From positions 30,814,001 to 30,878,000 of the forward strand of contig NC_087247.1 in NCBI RefSeq assembly GCF_037042905.1: a stretch of 64,000 bases of DNA, in the 5' to 3' direction. Of the stretch, positions 1 to 14,934 are shown one piece after another (the first letter of the stretch is position 1; each line of letters begins with the position of its first letter). Origin of the DNA: Lytechinus pictus (Eukaryota). The notes beneath the pieces are model-generated. The model was given only the letters and a program-made list of their open reading frames with translations. It searched no databases and was not told the origin of the DNA. The position numbers and the translations under genes were made by a program.

Positions 1-439
1 ACCCATGGAAACTTCAAATTGGCCGCATATGGGATGTCATAGTGATGTAAGGCAAGGACTACTCTTCCATGTACTCCAATACATATTATGGCTAAAATGT
101 CGTTTTTCCCAAAAGTTTTATTTCAAATTATATTTTTCTTTCATGAGGACATAAAACAATATACTACCTGGGTTATATTTAGATTACTCCCCCAGGGGAA
201 TGGGCACTTAAGAGAAAACCACAAATCCCTGATAATAAAGTACATGGCCTATGGAAAAGTTGTCCTTGCCCCTTGTCATAATTTACTTACCCAGTTGCCA
301 ATTTGAAATCTACATAGTATAAGTGATCTCAATTTTAAAGCAGCTATAACTTTCTTATTGCTTATCCGATTTCATTCAAACTTTAATTTATTTTTCTCCT
401 TCCCAACACAACATTTTATGGCCAAGGCTGGATTCCCCT
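1..439. mobile_element. Right part of a Kolobok-like element inserted at TTAA into a hAT MITE (host remainder 444-582)
   Basis: Ends GGATTCCCCT-TTAA; 440-582 matches the intact MITE at 18809-18957. Confidence 0.7.
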
Positions 440-1880
440 TTAAAGGTCTTCAAGCTCGTCAGGGGGGCAAAAAAGGTTTTTCAAGCCCGTCAGGGAGGGC
501 AAAGATACGTTTTTGCATGGGTTGTGACTCGTCAGGGGGGCAGAGTGCCCCCCTGCCCCCCCCCCCCGTAGGTACGCTAGTGGCTCCACATGATATCTTT
601 AATGATATTTTTGAAATAATTTTATATCGATCGCGAGTGTTATCATAATTATACTCGTCTGAATAAGTTTCCAAGAGAATAAAAAGAACAAGAGAAAATT
701 AATAATTTTACAAATTTCGGGAATTCACGAGTGAAATAACAAAATAATAGGACATTCTTCTTTCCTCTTGACTGAAGATAATTACATCTTAACGAAAAGT
801 AATAAGGAAATTTCAGGAACAAAACGCCGAAAATTTAATAAAATCTGATCTGAAATAACAAAGATGTTGAATTTAAAGTAATAATCAAAACAGTGAAATG
901 TAGGCCTATGCCGGCGTGCATGAATATGCAATAGATTGGCTGATGACATCATGCCCCCATTTTCCGATTTTCTTATTTTATAATCACTTCACATTAACAC
1001 ATGAGCGTACAGCATGTCTCCTTTGGAATAAAAAATACAGCAATGGCTATCTTACACAATTTTTCTTTTTCATGTGAGCAGGAGTGGATTCTATTTTTAC
1101 ATTATTCGGAGCCGAAAATTGCACGAATATTGTTATATGAAATTTCATATTAATAAGTGCATCGCCGAAATAATGCACAAATTCAAAATGTTATCAATTT
1201 GTTACTTCTCATCCGATTTTGATGAAATTTGCAGTGTTCTGTTTATATCTGATTTATTCAGTCAAGAGCTGAAATAGCAAGATGATTAACAGGTAAACGT
1301 TACATCATGCATTACGCGGGGAAACGCAGGTTGTAATCTTTTTTTTGGCATTTCCTCGAAACCCTTAACGTTAATGGCCATCATTAAAAAGGCCTTCACG
1401 TATTGGCTTATTTCCGACCGACACACAGTCCCCTCCTTAACAGTCGTAAAGTTGTATTTTAATCACACCTTAAGCAGGTATATTATAAGATCACTACAAA
1501 ATATGACCTGCATTTGCACTTTACGGATAAAACTTACAAAGTAAAACTACTTACCGATTGGTTAACTTAAAAAAAAATGACAATTAAGTTTTGTTTAAAT
1601 CTTAAACAAAAATCTTGAGATTTAAATGATAAATAATGAGGTTCCTTTGTAAAATATGCAAAAGTATAGAGCTCTAATCAAACATGACTGTGATGTTGTT
1701 TATTACCCCACAAACATACTTGTTCCCAGGGGCGCATCCAGGATTTTCCAAAGGGGGGGGGGCACATTTTCCCGATGAAAATTTGACAAGCAAAAAAAAG
1801 TTTATACAGTTAATTGTAAAAAGATAGATAGATGGATTTTATTTTCCCACGGTCAAAAGATCCTAACAGATAATAATCTG

Positions 1881-2116
1881 GGCCCCGTCTTACAAAGAGT
1901 TACGATTGATTCGATCAACCACAACTATGGAAAGCCGGCAACGTCAACTTCTAAAACACATGTTTGCTCAAAATAATTTGTAGATATGAGGTGTAATCAT
2001 ACATCAATTATTTTCTTGAAAATACACTATGCTTCTCTTTGTTCACAAAGGACATCATGCAAATTTCCATGAGAAAAAATAGTTGAGGTTGATCGGATCA
2101 ATCGTAACTCTTTGTG
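1881..2116. mobile_element. Harbinger-like MITE family GGCCCCGTCTTACAAAGAG (right end eroded)
   Basis: Same family as 14662-14934, 39730-39997 and 50563-50835. Confidence 0.75.
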
Positions 2117-5100
2117 GTAATGAGGAATTCGTTTGGACCGTTATATTGTGGGGTTTTTCTGGACGCAATTAGTATTGGGAACGGCCACGTTTTCACCAGT
2201 TCATGAAGTATCTCTGTACTGTAGATCATGATCGGACCATCCCATGAACGTTGGACTGTTTAAATTTTGATTTAAAAAAACACTAAATTGGCGGGTTTTA
2301 TTTCTCCAGATAATTAATGTACTATTGTCGTTTCAAGCGACAAACGCTTAGATTATAATCTAACCTAATCGTTATGAATTGACTGATGAGTGCCAAATTT
2401 TATCCTTCATAATTATAAAACGATGAATTTGGATCATTCTTGCCAAATATAATCTTGAAAGAACATTTTGCCACATAGATGACGAAGTATTTTTATACTT
2501 CTGATACATTTAATTCTATTAACGTTCCATGAGAAACCAGGTTAAATTCCCACGATAATTATTTCATTATCTTGTCCGACGTTGATGTTCCGGTGCAGTA
2601 AGAAATCAATTCGAATTCTTGTTTAATCATTATAATTATGGGAAAATGTCGTGTGTATGGTTGGATTGGTTACACAAATAGAGATATATACTAATAACGC
2701 TAAGCAAACTAGTAATACATCTTTATGGTTACACACTGGTTTTAAATGTATGTTTAAATCATGGTGTAAATCATTTCCGCAAAAAAAGTAAACCACAATC
2801 ATTCGGGATTCATGTTATCGATTTTTTTTTTCTGCCATCCAACATCTGCCCGGAAACAGACTCACTTCCATATACATACAACGGGTGATGTCTGCTAAAA
2901 AATACGTCACTGTACTAAAAATAAAAGTATTTAACTTACTAGAACTGAACTAACCATAATGTTGAACCGATGATCATACACAAAGTGCTCCTTATACCCC
3001 CTCCCCGCGCTCCTTCTCTAACTTTTGCCTGTACCTTTCTTTCTCCCCCCCTCGCTCAGCCCCAACCCATCTCTTCTCTTCCACTGCTTATAGGCATGTC
3101 CAAAATTATTTAACTCCTTATATAATAACACAATACAAGAAATACATTTGATTAGATACATAATACAGCGAAATGAGCGAAGCGAGCGAGCAAAAAAGAG
3201 ACAATTTTAGGACAAAAATCGAACTTGTGATAAAATTCACATAATATTATCATATTTTACTCTCATCCCTTTGCTTTCTCTTATGAGCTATTTTTTTTCT
3301 TCGTCGTGAAGCTTTTGGGGTTCATCTCCCCCAAGCCCCCCCCCCCCCCCAGGGTCCCAACTCACCATCTTACGCCAACGGGGAATTTTAAAACCTTTTA
3401 CCAAGGGTCAACGCCTTACCGGCTGGTTCACACGATATAGATGGGTATGAAATACGTCATTATTTGCACATCACAATCATTTTAACCATCACGTGCAGTG
3501 GCATCGTTGAACCAAGATCGTGATTATATGTTAATCATGTTAATGTTTAATCGTTACCAGTATGATCGCTAGAGGTCGAACACAGGACATGCAGAGGAAG
3601 AGAGAGAGAGGGTTGGATAGAGATATAAAGAATGAGGAACAGAGAGTGAGAGAAAGAAGAAAGAGGGGGAAAAAGAGACAGGAATATATACAGATAAAAG
3701 AAAGAGAGAGGGGGTGGGATGAGAGATCCACACAGAGAGATGGGAGAAACAAGGGGTGACTGCCGACTGGCGTTTTTAATTAAAGATTTAATTTCCGCCA
3801 AGCGAAACTACAACATTATTACATCAATATAACCCGTACGCTTATACAGTTTTGTCAAATATCAGGGCGATTTTATATTGGCCTATTTTCATTATTCCTC
3901 AGACCGTTGGTAAACAAAGAGCGATAAAAGTATTTTGCTATCGCCATGCAGCTACAGTAGCTGGTAGTTCTACTAGACCATTAGACGTCTTTTCAATGAG
4001 GGCTTGACGAAAGTGAAAGATAATAATAACAATAATAATCATTATGACGCTTTATACAACGTTGTAACATCGGGACGACATCTCTTTATTTAATATAACC
4101 ATAGGCAGATCCAGGGGGGGGGGGGGCATCGCGGCCGTACTTCGGTAACACAAACAAGGGGATAAGTAGAGAACAGGGACAAAGGGTAAAGGCCAAGGAG
4201 AAGTATTTTTTAATATCAATATTCGCGCTTCGCGCTCGCATTGTTTGTTTACTGCTTGCGCTATGTATCGTTCTATGCTCACGAATTTGTACAAAAATAC
4301 TAATACCTCTTAAATGTTCACTTTTCAGGTTAGTATAGACTTAAATTTCATTTAAAACTGTTATCATCCAGCATGGAATAATCTACATGGACTGAAAACG
4401 AAATTACTTTCCAATGAACAAAGAGTGTTAACAAACAAAGATAGGTATATAGACCAATCAATCTAATTTTCAATATCAAACAACCTGATGCCGTCAACCA
4501 GAATATCAGTATATTGGTTGGTATTGATTTTAATGCGGGTTAAACAGCTGGTTACACAGCTGATGTCCGCAAACTCTAAACCATATATGTGTGAACGTGT
4601 ATTCGGTTGAGGAAGTGTTGAAAATTCTTTGCCTTTCAAAATGTATTCCAAACAATCAAATTTTATAATTTCGTAATATTAAGAGATAGAAACACGTATA
4701 CAATACCAGTGTATCGGGCTACAGTGTAATATATCTGGGGGTGTTTCATAAGAAGTTTCCTCAGTGTTTTTTTTTTACCAACAAATTTGCTCTCAGCCAA
4801 CCAGATGTGAGGATATGTAATAGCTTTTAACATAAAGTATGCCGGTGAAAGTCACTGACAAATATTTTCATGAAATTAATTAAGCACATTTTCTGAGTGA
4901 CTTTAAACTGGTTAAAATAAAGCAACACTCAACCAATGAGACTACTAGAGTGCATCAAATATCAAACTAGTCCTTGAACATGTTGGATAGGATTTCAATG
5001 GGCAACTCGATAATACTCCGACTGGCACAGAAGTTATCATGTTTATGTTGATCGTATTCCGTATGAGGTCGATAGCGCATATCAAATTCAACTATTAATT

Positions 5101-5312
5101 TTGATTAAGTACATTTTCCCTTGAAAACTAGCATCATTCCGCGGTTGGCTATGCTTATGGCTTAATAATGGCTTACCAAGGCATAATGAGCCAAACATCT
5201 TTGAGGGGATAGGACATAAAATGATTTGCTCACCGTGCATTAGGTGTGGATATACGTTTTATGTAGACATATATGCGTGTTTACAGGCCTACATAACATC
5301 CAGTATTCTTTA

Positions 5313-5452
5313 TACCTCGGTCACATTTGCTCTACGACGAGTCGAAAACAGCCGTCTTAACATTTTTGTACCAGCTACATATAGGTGGTTTTAAATAAAA
5401 ATGAATAAAACGGCTGTTTTCGACTCGCCGTAGAGCAAATGTGACCGAGGTA
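5313..5452. mobile_element. Harbinger-like palindromic MITE
   Basis: TACCTCGGTCACATTTGCTCTACG.../...CGTAGAGCAAATGTGACCGAGGTA; 3-bp TSD TTA. Confidence 0.8.
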
Positions 5453-5807
5453 TTAGTATTTTGGTTTGTTAAGTGGGCAAAGCGAGTGAGGAAAAGGGCC
5501 ATCTTTAGATATAACATAGAGATATAATTTATATAACCAATAATAGAGCCCTTAGCATGAAGTAAGACATGGAGCGGAATAGCAATGAAGGGATGATATT
5601 TATTTTTACAATAAGGACAAGAATAATAAGATCTCATTTACTAATTGAAAGCATCAAGCCTATACTCCAATTGTCCCTCTGCCCCCCCCCCCGGATTGTC
5701 GCCCATGTGTCTATCATTTTGTAAATAATACAATGGACAATGTCGGTGTGTGTATATATATCAGGTAAATATACTTAAATGTATTTTGAAAAATATGATA
5801 TTGAACA

Positions 5808-6454
5808 CAGGGGCGGCGGAACGGGGAGGGGGGCAGGGGGGAAATTGCCACCCCAAAAAATCCCCGGAGGAAAAAAAAAGCCTTTTTTTTCAAAATGGAA
5901 AGTCCCTTTTTCAAAATGAAATGTGTCCTATTTCAATATGAAATAGCATGTTTGAAGTAAAACATAATATATTTCAGGTTAGAAAATCACAAAAATTTTG
6001 GCTAGCGCTTCGCGCTCCCATTAATTATTGATATTAGTAAGGTATTGATAATGTTCATGGTAACAAATGCTTTGAATGTCCAGTTTTCAGGTTGGAATAT
6101 CAAAAATCTTTGGCTAGCGTTTTTCGTTCGCATCAATTATTGTTTAGTAAGGTACTCATTCTGTTCTTGGTTACAAAAAAATGCTTAGAATTACCAGTTT
6201 TCAGGTTGGATTATCATCAATTTTCAGCTCGCGCTCGCATTATTCGAGTGGCATCCTATTCATGAGTCACTAAATGCATTCCTTTACAGGTTCCTTTATG
6301 GTCAGTATATTACAAATTTCAGCGCGCGCTTCGCGATCGCGTTAATGTTAGATACACATCTTTTCCATGACAAAAAAAAAATGCTCGGAATGTTTAATTT
6401 TCATGTCTTATTGCATGAAATGTAAAAAAAAGTAAATATGTTCCGCCGCCCCTG
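5808..6454. mobile_element. hAT-like MITE
   Basis: TIR CAGGGGCGGCGGAAC/GTTCCGCCGCCCCTG; 8-bp TSD ATTGAACA. Confidence 0.88.
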
Positions 6455-6569
6455 ATTGAACAAAAAAAAAAAAACATTGATCACATGCATAACTATAAAA
6501 GTGGATTTAGCAACCGTCGTCCCTGGCAGTTATTGAAAATAAGCCAATAAAACAAGAAAGAAAACTTAC

Positions 6570-6840
6570 GTCCATGTACATGATGGATGTATGAGACCAA
6601 TCACAAACTTAAAATACTCCCCGAGCAAGACTCTCTTTCCTATCAATCACCGCTATGAGAATTAAATGCCAAAGCAGCCGGCGTAATAGGCTCTATCAAA
6701 GATCGCATTTAATAAGTAATCGTTCCCTCGGTGAAACTATTACACATGCATCACATCTATAGCGATGTGCTCATCATGACCAATTAGTAAGTCGAGATAA
6801 GACTTTTCACGGGTTGTGCGTGTGAGATTTAATTTTATAG
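6570..6840 (-). promoter_or_regulatory. Possible TATA promoter and first exon of a minus-strand gene
   Basis: Minus strand TATAAAA at ~6833-6839; ...catcATGTACATGGAC|gtaagt donor at 6569. Confidence 0.25.
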
Positions 6841-9800
6841 AGGAAATCGTGCCGGAAGAGGAGCCCATACTCTCACTACATAAAGCTTTTTTTTCTTTCT
6901 TTCAATTTTATTTAGAAATAATAAATGATAATTATGTTGAATTGCATGTTCGATGAGTGATATGATAATTGTAAAAACAGTTAAGGGTAAGCTGGAAAAA
7001 AACCTGAGAAAAAGGGAAATAAAGGTTCAGCAGAAAAATGAGAGATGTGAATATTTCAAGTTTTAATTTCATGACGTGACATTCGGAAAGCGAATGAATA
7101 AATGAATAAATAAATAGATAAATGAATAAATAAACAAATAAATAAATAGCATTACACGCTTCTGAGAGGAAAACAATTTCATTTTCAGACTTTTGGGGGC
7201 GGGGAGGGGTTCGTGAAATCCAGCGATGTCAGTTTGGGGCCAAGAGCCAAGCGCTTAGTGCATCATATTTACGTTTCATGTTGACTTTTAAAACAACTTA
7301 GTTTTAATTTAGACCCTGAATTATTAATTTTTCTACAAATTATAACAAAGGAATAAAGTAATGACACCCCCCCCCTTCTAATGAGTCAATGTAAACATTA
7401 TAAGCCCGGGCATGGGCGTAATGACGTGGGGTGAAATTTTAGCGAATAATTCAATCACCATTATACACCCCTACACCACAACCAATTGCATTTACGTCAA
7501 TAAAGGATCAAGTACCATCAGTTTCTATGTGTTTTGTCGCACAAGGAAACTACGGGCAGGGAGCCTGGATGTCCAATTTCCAAATCACACTCAAAATTCA
7601 TGTTGCATATCACAAAGAGGAATATACCCACACAAAAAACATAGGCAATTAATCTTTCCCGCATGCCTTCGCTATCGAAAGCACAAAACAAACAGCATGC
7701 TCCAACGAGATAACGAGGCAATAAATAAGATTTATAGAGGAGGAAATCGATATACATTTCGTTCCACCCCATGCACTCCTTATTAGGTGAATGTACTTTA
7801 CGGAAACTGTCACACCGGTGAAACTGACTCCAGACCGATCAAAGCTATTACGTTATTATCAAAGGCATATCATCGGTCGGTTTGGAATAAGTTTGTTGGT
7901 GTGACTGTTCGTAGCATTAATTGTGCAGGACGGCAAACGGTATGCACTTGATATAGCTAGGTCCCTTGGAACAGCTTGTTCTTCATTGGAAGGGCTGATA
8001 ACCTAAAAAAAAAATTAGAAATTGAATGATAATGATATAAATCAGTGCTGTTTCCGCATAGCCTAATGATTTATAAAGAGTGGGGATGGTACTTTACCCT
8101 TCAACCATCCCTTTGAGTGTTACAGCCCGCCTCCCCTTCACAGGGGGTCCAGGACATCCCCCATCAAATTACTGTGCAACGCTTGGAAATTATTTCGGAG
8201 AACAGTGTAATATATCGGTCTTTGCAGACCAGTGCTCCATACGAATCGTTACATGAAAGTTGTCTCCATCTTTATTGATAACGTAATGTTACTTATCAAG
8301 ATGATGCAAATGAAATGCAAATTTATTGAGCGAGAAAATATACACGTGTAGACCTATTAGTGATTGATATCGTATGGGATACTTTCAAACTTGGCAGCGC
8401 CAGGGTATTTTTCAAAATATGGGGGGGGGGCTAAATGATCTAACTATTACGTAATTTTCCCTTAAATTGAACAACATGGCTAACATACAGTTTCCCGATC
8501 CCAGACCTCTCTTTTAATACTAAACTTTTTTTTTTCTTCCTCATTTCTAACTTTTATTTTATGTATTCTCTTTTTTCCACCATTAAGAAATAAATAAAGG
8601 GGGTGATCGCCCCCTGCCCCCCCCCCATGTAGCACCGCCTCAGCCTGTCTACCAAGGTTTCTTCCATTGTCCTCACAAGACCTCAACCATGACGTTGACC
8701 TGTCATCTTATGAATCATCATCTTAATCTTACAACCGCAGTCAAAGGGAGCAGTCACACCACACTAAACCGACCAATGATATGTCATAGGAAATAACGTA
8801 ATATCTTTGGTCGGTTTGGGGTACGTTTGACCGATGTGACTGTAGCATTAGTCACGAGTGAGTCGCCTCTTCTCGACGGGAACTATACAGGAAATATATT
8901 AACAACAGACATGTACATTCAAAAATCAAAATAAAAACCCAGACTGTACGTATACACGGTGATCATGATGTCACCTGAGACCCGTTACACAAAGCTTAGC
9001 AATGATCGTAGAACATTTTTCTACGATTGATTGCATTGACTACAACGTACAATCAATCATGAAAATCAAGCGTGCGATTAATCGCCAACCTTTGAGGTAC
9101 GGGACCTATACTGGTTTAGGCCAATAACAAAGAAACATTAAAGTTCTCACAACCTTGACCACAACCTTGACCATTATGTTGACTAAACATGAATAGACCT
9201 AACATAGTATATCTCGACCTGGCCTGTATGGTTTGAAAAAATAATGAAATAAAGTTTTTATATGAGTTGTTATACATAACCCTATGACATTCTTATACAT
9301 AACCCTAACATTCTATGTAACACTAATCTGTGCTCAGTTTTCGCTCAAATTCATTTATTACAACAGTCAGCACAGATAGGCCTATGAGAAATCTTGTAGC
9401 TAATACAGTAAACCACAAATTAATACATGGTCATTTTAACTAAACAAAAATTCTGCATCATACATTTTTCAAATGTTACAGGCTACACTTCATTTGTCAT
9501 TACATCAGATGGGTTATATTTCGTTAGGCTATACGTTTGGAAGTAAACCTCTTTTCCACAATTAATATTTAGTTATTACCTTGATTTTTCTCCAATATTG
9601 TTACCACTGATATATGTAAATATTGTAATTATGCTTGTGATTGTAAACCCGATAAAACATATTAATAAAAAAAAAATATGTTAAGTTTTCACCCCCCCCC
9701 CCCCCCTCCGGCCCACCTCGTTGGCATCTCCGATATGAGTTCTTAGATGGTGAGCCAAATATTTCGTGCGCTGTCAACTCTCCGGTATATTTTTTCAAGA

Positions 9801-12800
9801 TTGTCAGTCACCGGGGCGCTTCATAATCTTTTCTTGAAAGCATTCCATTCATGCCTGTCATGTGGGATGATGTGAGGTAGGGGCGGATGTCAAAGGGAGA
9901 GGGCAGGGGGACAGTCCCACCCCTACGATTTTTCAAATAGTGAACAAAGAGGCGGAAATATATTTTTAAAAAAGGAAGAAATAAAAGGAAAGAAAGAAAT
10001 TTATCAAAAGAGAGGCCTGGATTGTGAAACTCTAATACCCTCATGTACCTTTAAAAATTTGGTTGTCTATATCCGCCCCCCCCCCCCTCCTACCGAATAA
10101 AAGGGAATACTGAATACTGTGGCACCGGCTGAGGTGAAGAAACGTTTTCTTTAGGAAAAGGGGAATGTAAAATCTTTAATGGGCTATTCATTTCTATGAT
10201 ATGCTCTTGAAACAAATGCATGCAAAATATGAGACAAGAATGGAGTCACCAATACAAAGAAACGAAATGAGATAAGAATAACCTCCCCAACTCCCCTATA
10301 TATAGAGAAGAAAACCCAAAACTGTATTATTTGGATTGGATCATAACACAAATCCCTTATTTCTCATTTTATATATGACACAGAAAGTTTGGTGACAATG
10401 AAGAGAATTAAGATTCCGAATTCCGGGGGGGGGGGGGATCGTTAAAAAAATAGTTTTGCTTGAAATGCCATGGCAACTTGCAATAACTGCAAGTTTAGTG
10501 GAAAGAGTAATCGTACAGCAAGTTCAATCTACGGTTTATTGTAAGAGAAGTCTGTCTTTAAAACATGTTTCGCTGCATGTGACTTCTTTCAGAAGTTTCC
10601 TTGAAACAAACGACGTCCACGTGACTTTAACATTTGCAGGTCCGTGTCGTGTACTTAGTTTATAATGTTTACCACCCCAAGGCCGTATATCGTATCATAT
10701 AGACAATTGAATGTCTGAGATGTCTTTCTAGCCTTCAACGCGAAAGTAGAAGGTGATAAATAAATCTAACCAATTCCAATGTTTAGGCCAAGACAGGTCT
10801 AGTTGCCTATTCATATAAGTTAATTTATCTGAACAATTTCATTCTGCTGAGAGGAGAATTATAAATAAAGAAACAAGTGTTTGTTGTGAAATGTATATTT
10901 CTGACAGTTTCAAAAACAAATATAAGATCGGTTCGCAAAGGTTACAATTTTCGTGAACAATATTTAAGGGAGAAGTAATACCATAATAGACACTCATGAA
11001 ATAAGTTTTCTACAGTCGAAGAGGAATTCATTGAAAAAAAAACTATTTCTTCCGACATACACTATAAACACAATTCATACGCTTTCAGTTGGCTTGAGCT
11101 ATTCCTAAATTAAGTTGGTTCTTTTTCAGAAAAAGGAGGACAAAAAGAAAAAAAAAACAGCCGGGTCACCCCCATCGAACCCCAACTATCTAGGGAAGTG
11201 GATGGCCTCTCTAATCAATTTGCAAGTACAAGCCAAACTTCTTTTAGTCCCCTTCTCTGTGCCAATCTTGTTCTGATTACGCCACTTATCACGCGTCCTT
11301 ACTTGTCAGAAGAAGGAAGTCCGGGGCCTTTGAGCTGGATGACAGAGACAATTTCTTTTCAGAAGTATTAATTTATGGCGTTCAATAAACAGCGCGATAT
11401 GAGTTATGACAAGCGCATACCCTGACCCAAACCATGATCTGACCTGCTTCGAATTAAAAGACAAGTACTTTTTTTAAAACCTCCTCGGAGGGAGTGCATA
11501 AAATTCACTATATTACGAGTGACTTTCATTTGTTCTTGAGTGAATTTCACCCTTTAACATGGTCAATTTCTTGTCAAGCGTATCAATCAAAGTACTATAC
11601 CTACCTCAGTCTGCCATCTACCTTTTTCGTTTCTTCCTCTTTTTTTCTTTGTAATATATATACGCACATAATATTAAGTACCCAATTATGTTTTACATTT
11701 TCAAGGAGAATCCACACTTTATAAGCATTGTTTTTCATTGGACCCCCACATTTCCAGTTCCACATGCTCTATTTTATATTGCTTTTCTTTAAAATGTCAA
11801 TCCATTAATTTGTATACGATTTTACAGTACATTTGAGTGGAAATTGAATAAAGAACTGAACTGCATGAATCTCTAGCGTTCAATAAATATATACCGCGAT
11901 ATGAGGTATACCCTGACCCACCTATGATATGACCTGCTTCGAAGAAAACACATTAAGTAAATATTTGTTTGCCATTACCCGACGGACAAGAACCTGTCCA
12001 TATTGTTAACAGAAGACGCTTATATGCCCGAATAACCCTCTACTGTATATATAGAGGAGCTCTTTCATAAGACAACAAAAGAAAATTCGACCGACCGGCC
12101 CTATTATTTCCTCCGTTACGACAAACAATTTTTTTTTGTCCTCAGTATAATTTCATAACTTCTTTGTGTAAGACCGAGAGCTTCAGTCTCTGTTTTTTCT
12201 GTTGTTCCGCTAGACAACATCGTGCTTCACCTCCTTTTTTACCATGTTTACAGTAGGAGAAAGTAAAAAGTAAAAAACAAAATGTTTGAAAACTTCTCCA
12301 GATAGTTCCCCTTTCTTTAATCTCATGTACTTATTTTATTTCTTATTCACAATTCTCTCTATATATATATGAACGATCTCGTATGATCATTTGCAGTGCT
12401 AACAAAATGATATGAATCATTTAAATTTATTCAACCATGCACATCCGAACAAAATTGTCAAGCATCTATTATTGTCTTCCTTTTCACTCTTAAAACCATG
12501 GTTAAGGGGGTTTAGCATACCCTGACGCAGCATTGCAATTTTGGTCACTAATAGTCACACGACTCTTATTGTATTACTGGTTAAATAAGACTTTTGATTA
12601 TAGTTTATCAATTGAATGGAATAGGATAGGCTAACGGTTGCACATTTGTGAAACAACAATGGATATAATTTTATATTTTGAAAGTGAGGGCAACGAACTT
12701 TGCCCAATGACCTCGAATTTGTTACCCAACAGTTTGGTAAATTCATACAGTTGGGCAATAAATGCCCCCAATGTAACAGACAACAGTAATACGACCTTTC

Positions 12801-14661
12801 GTTGAAAAAAAAAGATCGATGGGATTGGGAATTATCCAATATTGAGTCAGATTTACCCAATGTGAGTGTATGTATGAGAAATCAACCAACAAAGGTGATA
12901 GATGCCCAAAATGTGATTGGAAGCATTGGACCCATGGACCAAAATTTGGCTACGAGATGGTTTTAAAAAATACCAACCAAATTCAGTGTTCCTTCAAAAC
13001 GTTTCCTCTGGCCAAAATAACCGTCCGTCCAAAAATGTTATACACCTTGGTCATTACGAAGGAATGAAACACATTTGCCAATCTTTCTTTGCATGTTGCC
13101 TTGAGATGATAATCACATCATGCAACATAATGAGAGATGTTGTCCTTAGCCAGCGCCTGTTCACACTTTGCCAGAATTATTATCTCATCTGCCATATTGT
13201 GATATAATCATCTAATCATGGTAATCACTGCATGGGTCCCAGAAAAAGCTTAGCAATAAATGTAGAGCAATTTTTTAACGATTGATTGCATTGACGATAA
13301 AGTACAATCGGTTGTTGATATCAGTCGGACGATCTGTCGCTAAGTTTTGTAATGCCACGGTTTAGGGACCCGGGATAAATATGAGGTATAAACTGTTCCT
13401 TGGTCAGGTCTACACCCCTTGGTCTACCTTCCTTTTGGTAGTATACCAGTTCGTCTATACCACTTGGTCTATATACATTTGATTTAAAACTACTTCTTAC
13501 TTTTATGACTTATAAAGAGTTGACTTGTAATAGTTGCTTTGTATTTGTGTACAACTTATATATATTATTCATTATGATTATTATTTTGATGAAGCTTTAT
13601 TATTTGTGGTGGTAATATTCTTTTTAAATATTATTATGAGAAATAAAAACTTACAAAAATCTGAAATCTGAAAAAAAATCATATAGTTAGCTAAAGTGCG
13701 TCTAAAATCCATCATTTTTTTACCACTAAACTTGCAGTTATTTTATGATTATGAAATCATCACTCATGATTAAAACACTTTGTGTGCACGCCTAAAACAA
13801 ACAGGAACTAGATACCCATTCATAATTATGAGTTGTTATGCATATGGCATAACTCCAACTGCTTATCGATTGCAATATACATGCCCTTCTGCTCTTAATC
13901 ACAATTTCATGAGAGAGCACATCTGATCAAAACTCGGAATAAGTCCAATCAAAATGAGTGATTCTGAATGGGAAAAACAAAAAACCCACAAAGTCGAAAT
14001 GAAACCAAGAATTACTTTTAAGTACAATATACAATGTTACATGATTACACGAATACAGTTTTTTAGAAATGTATATTATATGGGCCTATGTTTCAGAAAT
14101 AAAAGATTTTCGGCAATACAGTAAACAATTAATTAAGAAGGACATTTTATTTGATATAACGTGCTTCCAATTTAATCCTTATATGTATATCTGACTTCAG
14201 AGTATACTGTAACTTTATAATAATAAGACTTAGCGCACTTTCCATCTTGATTAGATGCTCAAGGCATATCGGCAATAACGGGGGGGGGGGGGGTCCAACG
14301 GTGTTCTTTACATTAAAAAATGTAAAAATATATAAGCAATGTAAAGTTTGACTGCATGCAAATCAGTGTGTCTAGACTAGACATAATCAAATTACAATCG
14401 TTTAAACGGAGACTTTTAAAAACTGAGCAGTATCAATGCATCTCTTTCACACTATCATCATGATCTTGGCAATTCATCGACGGGCATCATGGAATGTTGG
14501 TCTATTTTTAAACCATCTACTACTCGCTTGCACGTGTTCAGGCTGACTAAAAATAAATCTCAGCACGTCGCTATATTGCAGGTCTCAATCCAAGGAATTA
14601 ACCAACACGAGAAGATAGTGCAAGTAAAAACACTTTACACAACCATGATACAACCTGCATG

Positions 14662-14934
14662 GGGCCCGTCTTACAAAGAGTTGCGATTGGTCCGATCAAT
14701 CGCAGCTATGGAAAGCCAGCAAAGTCAACATATAAAATGCATGTTTGCTCATTTTTTTGTTTCTAGATATGAATGTATATCCATAATTTCATTGATTTCT
14801 TGACAGTTCGGTGTGTTATCCTTTGCTTACAAAGGACATTTTGCAAATTTCCTGCTGAAAAAAATATGACACTGATGGATTTCCATAGAGTTACGATTGA
14901 TTGGATCAATCGTAACTCTTTATAAGACGGGGCC
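14662..14934. mobile_element. Harbinger-like MITE family GGCCCCGTCTTACAAAGAG
   Basis: TIRs present at both ends. Confidence 0.8.

Noticed and set aside
3540-3801. R/E-rich and L/S/F-rich overlapping ORFs
   Set aside because: GA-rich simple sequence; no splice or homology support.
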